Assembly: GCA_018223085.1 (NCBI GenBank)
Contig: JAAEZB010000004.1
Coordinates: 6,284-70,283 of the forward strand
DNA: 64,000 nt
Direction: 5' to 3'
Origin: Paracoccaceae bacterium
GTDB taxonomy: Bacteria > Pseudomonadota > Alphaproteobacteria > Rhodobacterales > Rhodobacteraceae
This document shows positions 8,993 through 18,834 of this stretch, piece after piece; positions within the stretch are counted from its first letter, which is position 1, and each line of letters starts with the position of its first letter. Below the pieces are notes generated by a model, which was not told where the DNA came from, ran no database searches, and saw only the letters and a program-made list of their open reading frames with translations. A program made the position numbers and the translations under genes.

Positions 8993-11187
8993 TGCGGTGG
9001 GTGTTGGGGTTTTGTCTGACGCTTCTGGCTGGACTGGCCGAGGCGGGCATCGTTGATATTCGGTCGGGCGAACATGATGGATTCACGCGGCTTGTCTTTA
9101 CCTTTCCAGTGACAAACACGGCTTGGAGTCTGTCCGGCTCCGGAACGGAGTATCGGATCAAAATAGAGACTGAGTCACCTGAATATGCCGCTGAGACGGT
9201 TTTTGAACGTATACCGCGCACACGGCTTGCCGAGATCGGAGCCCGAAACGGCCATCCGGAGGTCACGTTGCACCTTGCCTGTCCCTGTACCGTCGAGGCC
9301 TTTGCCTTTGGTGAGCGTAGCGTGGTGGTCGATATCCGCTCTCCCGAGCAACCTGTCAGAATAACACAGCCTTTCAGGAAAGAGCCCGAGACCGAGGAAG
9401 AGGCGCCACCATCTCCTACGGTACTGCGGCTTGGCTCAAAGGAGCGCAAAACTGTGAGCCAGAGATGGACAGGTATCGATGGATTCGTCGATGAGAGTGC
9501 ACGCAACCGGGATCACAGAGATCGCCTTGTGCGTGCTGTCGCCCGTGCCGCGTCTCAGGGACTGGTGGTGCCGAATGTCGTTTTGCCGCCTGTCATTTCG
9601 CAGCAATCAGTGACCGAAGAGGTGACACCGGTTCCGCGCTCCCACGATCCTGCGCCGGACTTGCCAGAAAACCTGCGTATGGAAACAACCTATGACAAGG
9701 CATTCGAGATGGTCGAATCGGCCTTGCCTGACAGGTCTTGTTTGCCGGATACGCTTGTTGATATCGCGAACTGGGAAATGGGCGGAGACGGACAGTCCGC
9801 GCAACTTCTTGACCGCACGGCCCTTGTGACGGAGATGGGGGCGATCAATGAAAAGGCCGTTCTGGCTCAGGCGCGGGCCCTACTATACCAATCCTTTGGT
9901 GCAGAAGCGCGGCAGATCCTGACGCTTGTGTCTACTTCACAAGAGACCGTTTTGTTACTGGCTTTGGCCGATATTATGGACTCTGAACCATTGGCCAAAG
10001 CCGATGTTTTTCTGCACAGCGACGATTGTGTGGGCAAGGTAATCTTTTGGGCATTGCTTGCCGGGAATATGAGCCCCACTGAAGAGCAAGAAAAGGCCAT
10101 TTTGCGCACATTTTCCGCCTTGCCCGGACACCTACGGCGTCACCTTGGCCCGCGTGTTGCCAAGGCGTTTTTAGCACTTGGAAAAACCTCAACAGCCGAC
10201 GTTGCGTCCGCGATGATTGAGCGTGTGAGCGAGGCGGAAGATCCTAGCACTCTTCTCGTGCAGGCGCGTATTGGCGCCAAAGACGGGCAGACTGTGCGAG
10301 CGGAAACTGCGCTTGCGAACATGGTGAGCAAGGGGGAGCGCATTACGCCAGAGGCGCTTATCAACCTTGTCGATCTTTATGCAGAGCGGGATTTTGCTCC
10401 GACCGCAGATATGGTTGCGTTGATTGAGGCATATGCGCTTGAGCATCGTCGCGCTACGCTTGGCTCTGATCTTCGCAAAGCACATGCGGTTGCGGCGGCG
10501 CTTTCCGGGCATTTCGAGAAGGCATTTGATGTGTCCCGTGAAGTGGTCGAATTGGACGGAGGGGAGGCGGCACGAGCTTTGCGATCCGATGTTGTAAAAC
10601 GGCTTTTGGATGGCGCAGACGATGCCACCATCTTGAAAATGGTGCTTGGGCGAAGCCTGGGCCTTGAGGCGCCGTTGAATCGGGAGGCGACTCTGGCTGT
10701 GGCTGATGCGCTCGCCGCCATGGGGTTTCCGGCTGAATCGAGACATCTTCTCGAAGCGGTTCCTTTCCATATGACCGAAGGTGAGCGGCTATTGCGGGCA
10801 CGGCTTGCACTGGCAGAGGCGCGTCCGCGTCAGGCAGAAGCGGAATTGTTGGGTATTAAGACGGAAGAAGCGCAAAGGTTGCGCGCGAAGGCGCGGGCGC
10901 TCGCCGGGGATCATGCGCGCGCTGCAGTTGTCTATGAGGAGATCGGCATGCAGGAAGCCGCTGCGCAGCAAACTTGGCTTGCCGGTGATTGGGTGCAATT
11001 GAGAGAAACGGGGGGTGTCGTGCATAAACGCGTGGCGCAACACCTCGTGGAGGCCGACCCGAGGGATGACCCCGGCGATGATGCAGAAGGCCCTCTCGCC
11101 AGGAACCGTGCTGAAGTTGAGGAGAGCGCGGAGTTGCGTGAACATCTAGCAGCTCTTCTTGCACAGCATGCCATGCTTGATTTTTAG
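8992..11187 (+). CDS. large exported flagellar accessory protein (AMIN-like N-terminus, TPR-like helical C-terminus)
   Basis: Signal peptide; IRSGEHDGFTRLVF start; Ala/Leu-rich helical repeats; start overlaps the motA stop (TGATG). Confidence 0.8.
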   Translation: MRWVLGFCLTLLAGLAEAGIVDIRSGEHDGFTRLVFTFPVTNTAWSLSGSGTEYRIKIETESPEYAAETVFERIPRTRLAEIGARNGHPEVTLHLACPCTVEAFAFGERSVVVDIRSPEQPVRITQPFRKEPETEEEAPPSPTVLRLGSKERKTVSQRWTGIDGFVDESARNRDHRDRLVRAVARAASQGLVVPNVVLPPVISQQSVTEEVTPVPRSHDPAPDLPENLRMETTYDKAFEMVESALPDRSCLPDTLVDIANWEMGGDGQSAQLLDRTALVTEMGAINEKAVLAQARALLYQSFGAEARQILTLVSTSQETVLLLALADIMDSEPLAKADVFLHSDDCVGKVIFWALLAGNMSPTEEQEKAILRTFSALPGHLRRHLGPRVAKAFLALGKTSTADVASAMIERVSEAEDPSTLLVQARIGAKDGQTVRAETALANMVSKGERITPEALINLVDLYAERDFAPTADMVALIEAYALEHRRATLGSDLRKAHAVAAALSGHFEKAFDVSREVVELDGGEAARALRSDVVKRLLDGADDATILKMVLGRSLGLEAPLNREATLAVADALAAMGFPAESRHLLEAVPFHMTEGERLLRARLALAEARPRQAEAELLGIKTEEAQRLRAKARALAGDHARAAVVYEEIGMQEAAAQQTWLAGDWVQLRETGGVVHKRVAQHLVEADPRDDPGDDAEGPLARNRAEVEESAELREHLAALLAQHAMLDF

Positions 11188-11233
11188 CAGGCCGCACTCA
11201 CGAAAAATCAACCAATTGCCAGCAAGGTGACGG

Positions 11234-11998
11234 GTGAAAGACAGAAGGTTTTTCCGCATGCACCGATACCGAATGCAATTTGAGCGCACAGGAAATCCAA
11301 CCCGATTGGCGGGGGTATGTTTTCTTGTGTGGTTGTGGGCCGGCTTTCTTGCCGATGTCGCCCCAGCAATGGCGAGTGGCGCGCTTTGCGATCAGGCCGC
11401 CTCGCAGGCCGCCCGTCGCACGGGGGTTCCCGAGAGCATCCTCAAAGCACTGACCCGTACGGAAACGGGGAGGCGCAAAAATGGGGTCCTCGCGCCTTGG
11501 CCCTGGAGCATGAATGTCGAGGGAAAGGGGCAGTGGTTCGCAAGCCGTGCAGATGCCGAAACTTATCTCCGAAGTGTAAGGGCGGCAGGGACGCGTAATT
11601 TTGATGTCGGGTGTTTCCAGATTAATTTTCGGTGGCACGGCACAGCGTTTGCAACGCCGGCTAAGATGTTTGAACCGGTCGAAAACGCCCTCTATGCAGC
11701 CCGATTTTTGCATCGTCTCTATGATGAAAAGGGCAATTGGGCAGATGCCGCGGCCGCGTATCATTCGCGTACGCCAAAATATGCATCGCGTTACAAGGCA
11801 AGGTTTGAGACGATTTTGGCCAATCTTGGTGAACTAAAGCGCGACACCCCTCCTTTGAAAAGCCGTCTGACTGCGGAAACGCAACGTGCAAATCTCTATC
11901 CGCTTCTGCGCAATCATGAAGACGAATCGCGGGCGTTGGGGTCGCTGGTTCCAATGGCGCAAACTGCGCAGCGTTCGTTTCTGGCTTTGGGAGGGTGA
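11234..11998 (+). CDS. flagellar lytic transglycosylase (SLT domain, SltF-like); true start may be downstream
   Basis: ALTRTETG catalytic Glu, DVGCFQIN, AAAYHS motifs. Confidence 0.88.
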   Translation: MKDRRFFRMHRYRMQFERTGNPTRLAGVCFLVWLWAGFLADVAPAMASGALCDQAASQAARRTGVPESILKALTRTETGRRKNGVLAPWPWSMNVEGKGQWFASRADAETYLRSVRAAGTRNFDVGCFQINFRWHGTAFATPAKMFEPVENALYAARFLHRLYDEKGNWADAAAAYHSRTPKYASRYKARFETILANLGELKRDTPPLKSRLTAETQRANLYPLLRNHEDESRALGSLVPMAQTAQRSFLALGG

Positions 11999-12003
11999 AC
12001 AGA

Positions 12004-14088
12004 ATGTCGTTCTCATTCAGAGCCTTGTTTAGTCCAACAGTTCTTCTGGCGCTGGCCTTGATGGCGGTCATCGTTATGATGATTTTGCCCATGCCAGCCT
12101 GGATTCTCGATATCGGGCTGGCCGCGTCTTTTGCGCTGGCCATTCTCATTTTTACGGTAACGCTCTTCATCGAAGAGCCGCTGGATTTTTCTTCTTTCCC
12201 GACCATTCTGCTTGCCTCGCTTATGTTGCGCCTGTCGCTCAATGTATCTTCGACGAAACTCATCATTGGCGAGGGACATTCCGGCACCCATGCGGCCGGA
12301 AATGTGATCGAAGGATTTGCGCAGTTTGTCATGAGTGGGAGCGTGTTTCTCGGGCTTGTAGTGTTTGGTGTGCTCCTCATCGTGAATTTCATGGTGATTA
12401 CTAAGGGCGCCGCGCGCATGGCAGAAGTTGGCGCCCGTTTCGCGCTCGATGGTATGCCGGGCCGACAGCTCGCGATCGATAGTGATATGGCAGCGGGAGC
12501 CATCACCCATGAAGAGGCCAGAGCGCGGCGCACCAAGCAGGAGCTTGAGACGACGTTCTTTGGGTCGCTCGATGGGGCGTCAAAATTCGTTAAGGGCGAT
12601 GCAGTTGCGGGCCTCCTCATCACGCTTATGAATCTCGTGATGGGTGTCGTGATGGGGATCATGGTCCATGGTATGCCTGTTGGGCAAGCCTTTGAAACCT
12701 ATGCGATTCTGACGGTTGGCGACGGACTCGTGACGCAGATACCGGCGGTTATTATCTCGATTGCCTCGGCGCTTCTTTTGGCACGGGGCGGGTCGACGGG
12801 AACGACGGATATCACGCTGGTCAAGCAACTGGGGAGCCACCCTGCGGCATTGGCAACCGTGGCTGTTTTGATGGTGCTTTTCGCTCTTGTGCCGGGTCTG
12901 CCATTTTTGCCGTTCATCACAGGGGGCGCGATCCTCGGTGGGGTTGCATATTACCTGAACAAGGCCAAATCGGATGCGGCTCTTCAGGATAATGAGCCGG
13001 CGGCAGAAGCCCCGCCACCACAGGCGCGTATCGGGGATGTGATCGACCTTGAAGATATTCATGTCGAATTCGCGCCCAATCTCGTGGAGATGGTTCTTGA
13101 CCCGGCGGCCGGTCTTGATGCGCGGATCGAGAATATGCGTCGCCATGTTGCGGCGGCCTATGGGTTGGTCCTGCCGGAAATCAGGCTGACCGACAATCCT
13201 GCCTTGCCGGACGGCACATATGTGATCCGCATCCACGGGGTCGAACAGGACAGAGTCACGATCTGGCCTGAGCGTGTCCTCCTCCTTCTGCCAGAGGGAC
13301 CGTCGGACAAATTGCCCGCCGGAGAAGACACGCAAGAGCCTGTCTACGGCGCTCCGGCGCGATGGATTCCCCGCGAACAACAAGAGCGCGCTGCTGTGAC
13401 CGGATCGACGACCGTGCAGCCGGTCGAAGTTCTCGCGACGCATCTGCTTGAGACGATCAAGCGTAATTTGAGCCGGTTGCTGACGCTCAAGGTTTTGCGG
13501 CGTGTGCTTGATGAAATGGTGAACCTAAGCGATCCAGCTCGCGGTGAAGCCAATCGGCGGATGCTTGACGATCTGATCCCGGACAAGGTTCCGGTTGAGC
13601 TTTTGCATCGCGTGTTGCGCCTCTTGCTTGATGAGCAGGTGTCCATTCGCAACATGCCGCTGATTCTTGAATCGATTGTCGAATTGCGGGCGCCGAACCT
13701 TCCCGCAGAAACGATCTGTGAACATGTGCGTCAGCGGCTTGGATTTCAGATAGTGGCGGAGCTGCGCCGCACAGACGGAAGCGTTCCATTGATTCAGCTC
13801 GCGCCGGATTGGGACGAGATTTTCGCAGGTTATCAGGTTGATACGGATCGCGGGGGGGCCGATTTCGCGCTGCCGCCGGATCTATTCAACAAACTTGCGA
13901 GCGGGCTTTCGGAAAAGTTCGCGGAGACCGGCGCGCAGGGTTTGAGCGCTGGCTTGGTCACAAGCGCACCGAAACGGCGTTTTTTGCGGACGGTGATGAA
14001 TGCCAAAGGCATTCGCAATCCGGTTCTGGCTTTCGAAGAAATCGGCGTCGATGCCCGCCCGGCGCTTGTCGGGGTGGTATCGCCTTGA
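12004..14088 (+). CDS. flhA: flagellar export apparatus protein FlhA
   Basis: ITKGAARMAEVGARFALDGMPGRQLAIDSD, FFGSLDGASKFVKGDAVAG; ATG 12004 fits the RBS, GTG 11995 is an alternative. Confidence 0.97.
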   Translation: MSFSFRALFSPTVLLALALMAVIVMMILPMPAWILDIGLAASFALAILIFTVTLFIEEPLDFSSFPTILLASLMLRLSLNVSSTKLIIGEGHSGTHAAGNVIEGFAQFVMSGSVFLGLVVFGVLLIVNFMVITKGAARMAEVGARFALDGMPGRQLAIDSDMAAGAITHEEARARRTKQELETTFFGSLDGASKFVKGDAVAGLLITLMNLVMGVVMGIMVHGMPVGQAFETYAILTVGDGLVTQIPAVIISIASALLLARGGSTGTTDITLVKQLGSHPAALATVAVLMVLFALVPGLPFLPFITGGAILGGVAYYLNKAKSDAALQDNEPAAEAPPPQARIGDVIDLEDIHVEFAPNLVEMVLDPAAGLDARIENMRRHVAAAYGLVLPEIRLTDNPALPDGTYVIRIHGVEQDRVTIWPERVLLLLPEGPSDKLPAGEDTQEPVYGAPARWIPREQQERAAVTGSTTVQPVEVLATHLLETIKRNLSRLLTLKVLRRVLDEMVNLSDPARGEANRRMLDDLIPDKVPVELLHRVLRLLLDEQVSIRNMPLILESIVELRAPNLPAETICEHVRQRLGFQIVAELRRTDGSVPLIQLAPDWDEIFAGYQVDTDRGGADFALPPDLFNKLASGLSEKFAETGAQGLSAGLVTSAPKRRFLRTVMNAKGIRNPVLAFEEIGVDARPALVGVVSP

Positions 14089-14849
14089 GCGTAATGTCGG
14101 ACCTGATCGGATTCACAACCGGGGCTGGCGAGCATGGTTTCCATGTGTTTCTGCGGATCGGTGCGTTGGCTGCCCTGCTTCCTGCGTTTGGAGAACAATC
14201 CATTCCGGCTCGGATCAAGCTGGCCATTGCCATCGCGTTCACCATCATCGTGGCACCCGCAGTCTCGCCGATTTCGGCGGCGTCTGGGTTCGGCGGGTTT
14301 GCGTGGATGGTGGTGACAGAGAGCTGTGCCGGCCTCCTTTTGGGTATTGGGTTGCGCCTCTTCGTCCTTGCGCTTCAGACTGCGGGCGCGATGGCGGCTC
14401 AAAGCATGTCTCTATCGCAACTTTTCGGCCAAGCTGGCGGCGACCCGATGCCGGGCATGAGTCATATTTTGACCCTTGCCGGCCTGACCCTCGCTGTAAC
14501 GACCGGTCTGCATGTGCGCGTCGCAGAGCTTGCGATCCGGTCATATGAGTTTCTGCCTATGGGGCAATTTCCGCTTGCGGCGGATGTATCGCAATGGGGC
14601 GTGATGCGGGTTGCTGAGGCGTTTTCCCTCGCCTTTCGTCTGGCTGCGCCGTTTTTGATTGCCTCAACGCTCTACAATCTTGCCATGGGGGTCATTAACC
14701 GGGCCATGCCGCAGCTGATGGTCGCTTTTGTTGGTGCGCCGTTGATTACGGCGGGTGGTCTTGGGATGCTTTTGATCGTCTCTGCGCCGCTCTTGAGCCT
14801 GTGGCTTGAAATGCTGCTCAAGTTCCTGGCCAATCCGATTGGGTTGTGA
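14085..14849 (+). CDS. fliR: flagellar export protein FliR
   Basis: Hydrophobic 254 aa; MGVINRAMPQLMVAFVGAP motif. Confidence 0.95.
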   Translation: MSVMSDLIGFTTGAGEHGFHVFLRIGALAALLPAFGEQSIPARIKLAIAIAFTIIVAPAVSPISAASGFGGFAWMVVTESCAGLLLGIGLRLFVLALQTAGAMAAQSMSLSQLFGQAGGDPMPGMSHILTLAGLTLAVTTGLHVRVAELAIRSYEFLPMGQFPLAADVSQWGVMRVAEAFSLAFRLAAPFLIASTLYNLAMGVINRAMPQLMVAFVGAPLITAGGLGMLLIVSAPLLSLWLEMLLKFLANPIGL

Positions 14850-14851
14850 CG

Positions 14852-15937
14852 ATGAGCGACGAGAAGAATTCCGACAAACCGCACGAACCATCCGCCCGCA
14901 AGCTCGATCAGGCGCGCAAGAAGGGGGAGATTGTCCGCTCAACGGACATCTCGGTCGCGGCGTCTTACGGTGGCCTGTTGATTGCCTTTATGGCTTTGGG
15001 TCTGACAACGGTTTCGGCGACGTTTAATACTCTGGTCGCTTTTTTAGAGCGGTCTCATAGCCTTGCTCCGCTGGTGTTTGATGGGCACCCATCTGCGGCG
15101 CTTGCGGGTTTTCTCCGCGAGACGATCGTGGCCATATCGCCTTGGTTTGCTCTGCCATTTATCCTTGTCCTAGCAGGCCTGTTCGCACAGCGAGCGATTC
15201 TGTTCACACCAGACAAACTCGTTTTCAAGCTTTCTCGCGTGAATCCGATCGAGAACGCCAAGCAAAAATACGGGCGGCGCGGGTTGTTCGAGTTCGCCAA
15301 GAGCTTTGCCAAGCTGTTTATCTTCGCGCTGTGCCTGTTTTTGGTGACAAGGGGGCGATTGCCGGAAATCGTCGGTTCTATGCGTGGATCGCCGCTTCAG
15401 GTCGCGGCGACGATGGGAGAAATCTGTGTCACCTTTCTGGCCAATGTTCTGTTGATCTCGGCTGTGATCGCAGGAGTCGATTACCTTTGGCAACGTCAGG
15501 AATTCCTTCTGCGCAACCGGATGAGCCACAAGGAATTGCAGGACGAAGCCAAGGAATCGGAAGGCGATCCGCATCTCAAGGGACAGCGGCGGCGAAAGGC
15601 TCAGGAAATTGCATCCACGCAGATGATGGCGTCCGTACCTGAGGCAAGTGTCGTGATCGTTAACCCAACGCATTATGCGGTCGCGCTCAAATGGAGCCAA
15701 ACCCGAGAACAGGCGCCGGTCTGTGTTGCCAAGGGGACCGACGAAATTGCCAAGCGGATTCGCGAAATCGCGCAGGAAAATGGTGTTCCGATTCATAGCG
15801 ATCCCCCGACGGCGCGTGCGCTCCATGCCACGGTCGATCTCGATCAGGAAATCCTGCCGGAGCATTACCGCGCAGTCGCGGCGGCGATTCGGTTTGCCGA
15901 GGCGATGCGCAAAAAAGCAGGGCGTAAGAGACTATGA
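14852..15937 (+). CDS. flhB: flagellar export switch protein FlhB
   Basis: KPHEPSARKLDQARKKG, KESEGDP, NPTH autocleavage motif. Confidence 0.97.
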   Translation: MSDEKNSDKPHEPSARKLDQARKKGEIVRSTDISVAASYGGLLIAFMALGLTTVSATFNTLVAFLERSHSLAPLVFDGHPSAALAGFLRETIVAISPWFALPFILVLAGLFAQRAILFTPDKLVFKLSRVNPIENAKQKYGRRGLFEFAKSFAKLFIFALCLFLVTRGRLPEIVGSMRGSPLQVAATMGEICVTFLANVLLISAVIAGVDYLWQRQEFLLRNRMSHKELQDEAKESEGDPHLKGQRRRKAQEIASTQMMASVPEASVVIVNPTHYAVALKWSQTREQAPVCVAKGTDEIAKRIREIAQENGVPIHSDPPTARALHATVDLDQEILPEHYRAVAAAIRFAEAMRKKAGRKRL

Positions 15938-16350
15938 CTTCAGAAGAGCTGGGCCGGTTGAAACAGATCACAGATATGCGGTTTCAGGCGGAACAAGACC
16001 AGTTTCGCGCCATCTGCGAAGAAGAGCGGCATTTGCGCGAGCTTCTTAAGGGATTGGACAGGCGCAAAGAGCGGGCCCGCGAGGATTTGGCCAGCGACCC
16101 TTCAATGCGGATGATTGGCAAGGATCTTGCCTGGATGAACTGGGCGGACCAACACCGGCGACGCCTGACGGCGCAGCTTGCCAATAGCCTCGCACGAAAG
16201 GAAATCGCCTTTGCGCGATTCCAAGAGGCCTATGGCAAAGATACCGTCCTGCATCGGCTACTTGAGAAGGCACAGGAGTCTGAACGCGGACAAAGCGCCC
16301 GGCAAGAGGCCGAGCGCGTCGAGGATTTCATTGCCCTGCTTGGGCCCTAA
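15934..16350 (+). CDS. coiled-coil protein, possible divergent FliJ
   Basis: 138 aa, charged two-helix pattern; ATGA overlap with flhB. Confidence 0.6.
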   Translation: MTSEELGRLKQITDMRFQAEQDQFRAICEEERHLRELLKGLDRRKERAREDLASDPSMRMIGKDLAWMNWADQHRRRLTAQLANSLARKEIAFARFQEAYGKDTVLHRLLEKAQESERGQSARQEAERVEDFIALLGP

Positions 16351-16351
16351 G

Positions 16352-16852
16352 TCAGACCTCTTGCCGCGCGATATCTATGATGAGCACGTCTGAAACGGTC
16401 GGGCCGATGGTTTTGTAGGCGGTCTCACGAAGCGCTTGGCGCAGAATGTCGAGATTAGAAGAGTTTGTGAAAGAGCCTTTGAAGCCGCCCATATTTGCGT
16501 GATCGAACATGGTCTGAAGAAAGGCGTCGCGTAGCTTGGGTTCGACCGCGAAGATATGCTCGCGCTCGCCTGAGGTCACTTCGAGGCTGAGCGACAAAAG
16601 CACGATCGATGTGACCTTTTCATTGGCCAAAACAGGCACCACAAACTGATTGTTGAGTTTGACATACTCTTTGTCTGTCGGCGCCTGAGCGGTGGGCTCC
16701 GGGATAGGTTTGGCGAGATCTTCTTGCGTGGTTTCGCAGGTGCAGGCTGTTTCTTTGGGGCTCTCCGAAACGCCAGGCCGCAAAGCGAGTCCGGCACCGA
16801 CGCCAATGCCGGTGGCCATCAGGATAAGCAGAATAGGAAGCAGTTTTTTCAT
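16352..16852 (-). CDS. fliL: second FliL-family protein
   Basis: N-terminal TM; YVKLNNQFVVPV, EPKLRDAFLQTMFD, VSDVLIIDIARQ. Confidence 0.8.
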   Translation of the reverse strand: MKKLLPILLILMATGIGVGAGLALRPGVSESPKETACTCETTQEDLAKPIPEPTAQAPTDKEYVKLNNQFVVPVLANEKVTSIVLLSLSLEVTSGEREHIFAVEPKLRDAFLQTMFDHANMGGFKGSFTNSSNLDILRQALRETAYKTIGPTVSDVLIIDIARQEV

Positions 16853-16863
16853 TGTGATCCCTC

Positions 16864-17589
16864 TCAGAATGGCAAGATCGCGTCGAGGATCTGCAAGCCG
16901 TAGCGCGCTTGTTGGACATCCGTGATCTGGCCTCGCCCTCCGTATGACACGCGGGCCGAGGCGATCTTGTCATAGGTGATTTCGTTCTGGCGCGAGATGT
17001 CTTCGGGGCGCACATAGCCGGAGACAAGCAACTCCCGCATTTCAAAATTGACCCGCAGCTCCTGCGAACCTTTGATGGCGAGGACACCGTTAGGGAGGAC
17101 ATCGATAACTGTCGAGGCGATCCGCAAGGTCAGTTTTTCGCTTCGGCGGACAGAGCCGTCGCCGCCGGATTTGCTTGTCGATCCGATGGAGACGGCATCC
17201 GCCATTGAGGCACCATCCGGCAATTTTTCATCGATGCGCTGCGGAAGGCCGAACAGGCTTGGGACATTCAGGGATTCGGAGCCGCTTCGTGATCGAGAGG
17301 TTTTGTTGGAGATCTCGGCCTCATCGTCAATTTCGATCACAACCGTGACGATATCCCCTTGTTTCATGGCTCTGCGGTCGCCGAGCAGGGATTTTTGATC
17401 CCCGGTCCAGAGAGAAGATGCCTCGACCGGGCGGCGGAGGGCGACTGCCTCGGGCATCGGTGGATTCATCATGACATAATGTTCGGCACTGTTCTCGACG
17501 GGTGTAAAATCAGGGGCCCGTCCCACATGATCGAGGCGCGCGCAGGCGCTGAGGGATGCGACTGCACCAAGGCAGATCAGAAAACGCAT
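16864..17589 (-). CDS. flgH: flagellar L-ring lipoprotein
   Basis: Lipobox LSAC; GDIVTVVIE, VLPNGVLAIKG, GYVRPEDI. Confidence 0.97.
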   Translation of the reverse strand: MRFLICLGAVASLSACARLDHVGRAPDFTPVENSAEHYVMMNPPMPEAVALRRPVEASSLWTGDQKSLLGDRRAMKQGDIVTVVIEIDDEAEISNKTSRSRSGSESLNVPSLFGLPQRIDEKLPDGASMADAVSIGSTSKSGGDGSVRRSEKLTLRIASTVIDVLPNGVLAIKGSQELRVNFEMRELLVSGYVRPEDISRQNEITYDKIASARVSYGGRGQITDVQQARYGLQILDAILPF

Positions 17590-17601
17590 TTGGGTACTCC
17601 T

Positions 17602-18033
17602 TTACCTAGCGACCAGCACGGACCCGTCCGACATTGCCAGGCCTGTGAGAGTTGTTCGGGAATCGAGGTTCATCACTTTGACCGTCTCGCCAATGGCTGC
17701 GCGATCGAGGGCGCGTCCTTCGGTGGCGATCTCAAGGCCTTTGCGGGCGAAATGGACCGTGACAATGGCATTGCGCTCAATAATTGCTGGCGGGCGGACA
17801 TTATGAGGGCCGAGCGGGCGTCCCGGATAGATGAGGTTCTTGGCCTCGAGGCCGATAACCTCTTCGGGAAGCGTATACCCGTTCGGCAGGGTTGCCCCGG
17901 TGACCACGACATCCATGGCTGAGATGACGCTGCGCGGTCGGATCAGATGTTTTGCAAGCACGGTATCGGCCAAGGCCGGGCCTTGGAGGGCGAAGGCGAG
18001 TGACAACAGGATGGACGGGGCAAGGCGGATCAT
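17602..18033 (-). CDS. flgA: P-ring assembly chaperone FlgA (short form)
   Basis: Signal peptide from MIRLAPS; SAF domain; EGRALDRAAIGETVKVMNLDS. Confidence 0.9.
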   Translation of the reverse strand: MIRLAPSILLSLAFALQGPALADTVLAKHLIRPRSVISAMDVVVTGATLPNGYTLPEEVIGLEAKNLIYPGRPLGPHNVRPPAIIERNAIVTVHFARKGLEIATEGRALDRAAIGETVKVMNLDSRTTLTGLAMSDGSVLVAR

Positions 18034-18034
18034 C

Positions 18035-18820
18035 TTAGCGCACCTGGGTTGTCGCGCCGAGCATCTGATCAGCGGCGGAAATGATTTTGGCGTTGAGTTC
18101 ATAACCGCGCTGGGCCTCGATCAGTTCGGTGATTTCGCGGACTGCGTCGACGGAGCTGTCTTCGAGATAGCCCTGTCGTAATGTGCCAACGCCCTCTTCG
18201 CCCGGAGCGTTCACAAGTGGTGCGCCCGAGGCTTCGGTTTCGAGGAAGAGGTTGTTGCCAACGGCTTCGAGCCCCTTGGCATTCGAGAAGCTGGCCAGGG
18301 TGAACTGCCCAAGCAAGGAGGCTTCGACAGCGTCGTCGAAATAGCCATAAACCTCGCCTTCGGCATTGATAGAAATGCTACGCGTGTCGGAGGGAATGGT
18401 GACTTCGGGCACGACCGGGAAGCCGTCAGATGTCACGATCAGCCCGTCGGCGCTCCGTTTGAGTGCGCCATCCCGTGTATAGGCGGATTGGCCGGAAGGC
18501 AGGGTGATTTCGAGATAGCCGCGTCCGTCAATTGCGATGTCGAGATCGCCACCTGTTTGAGAGAGTGCACCTTGTGAGAGGTGAACCGAAACGGCGGCGG
18601 GCCGCACTCCGAGGCCGAGCTGAACCCCGGTCGGAAGAACCGTGCCATCAGCGGCGTTGACGGTTCCGGGACGTGAGACCTGTTGATAATGCAGATCGGA
18701 AAATTCGGCACGGCGGGCATTGTAGCCGGTCGTGGACATGTTCGCGAGGTTGTTGGAGATGGTTTCCACGCGCAATTGTTGGGCGCTCATCCCGGTTGCG
18801 GCGATCTTGAGGGCACGCAT
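18035..18820 (-). CDS. flgG: distal rod protein
   Basis: SNNLANMSTTGY, YTRDGAL, QGYLEDSSVDAVREITELIEAQRGYE. Confidence 0.97.
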   Translation of the reverse strand: MRALKIAATGMSAQQLRVETISNNLANMSTTGYNARRAEFSDLHYQQVSRPGTVNAADGTVLPTGVQLGLGVRPAAVSVHLSQGALSQTGGDLDIAIDGRGYLEITLPSGQSAYTRDGALKRSADGLIVTSDGFPVVPEVTIPSDTRSISINAEGEVYGYFDDAVEASLLGQFTLASFSNAKGLEAVGNNLFLETEASGAPLVNAPGEEGVGTLRQGYLEDSSVDAVREITELIEAQRGYELNAKIISAADQMLGATTQVR

Positions 18821-18834
18821 ATCGGCCTCCTTGG

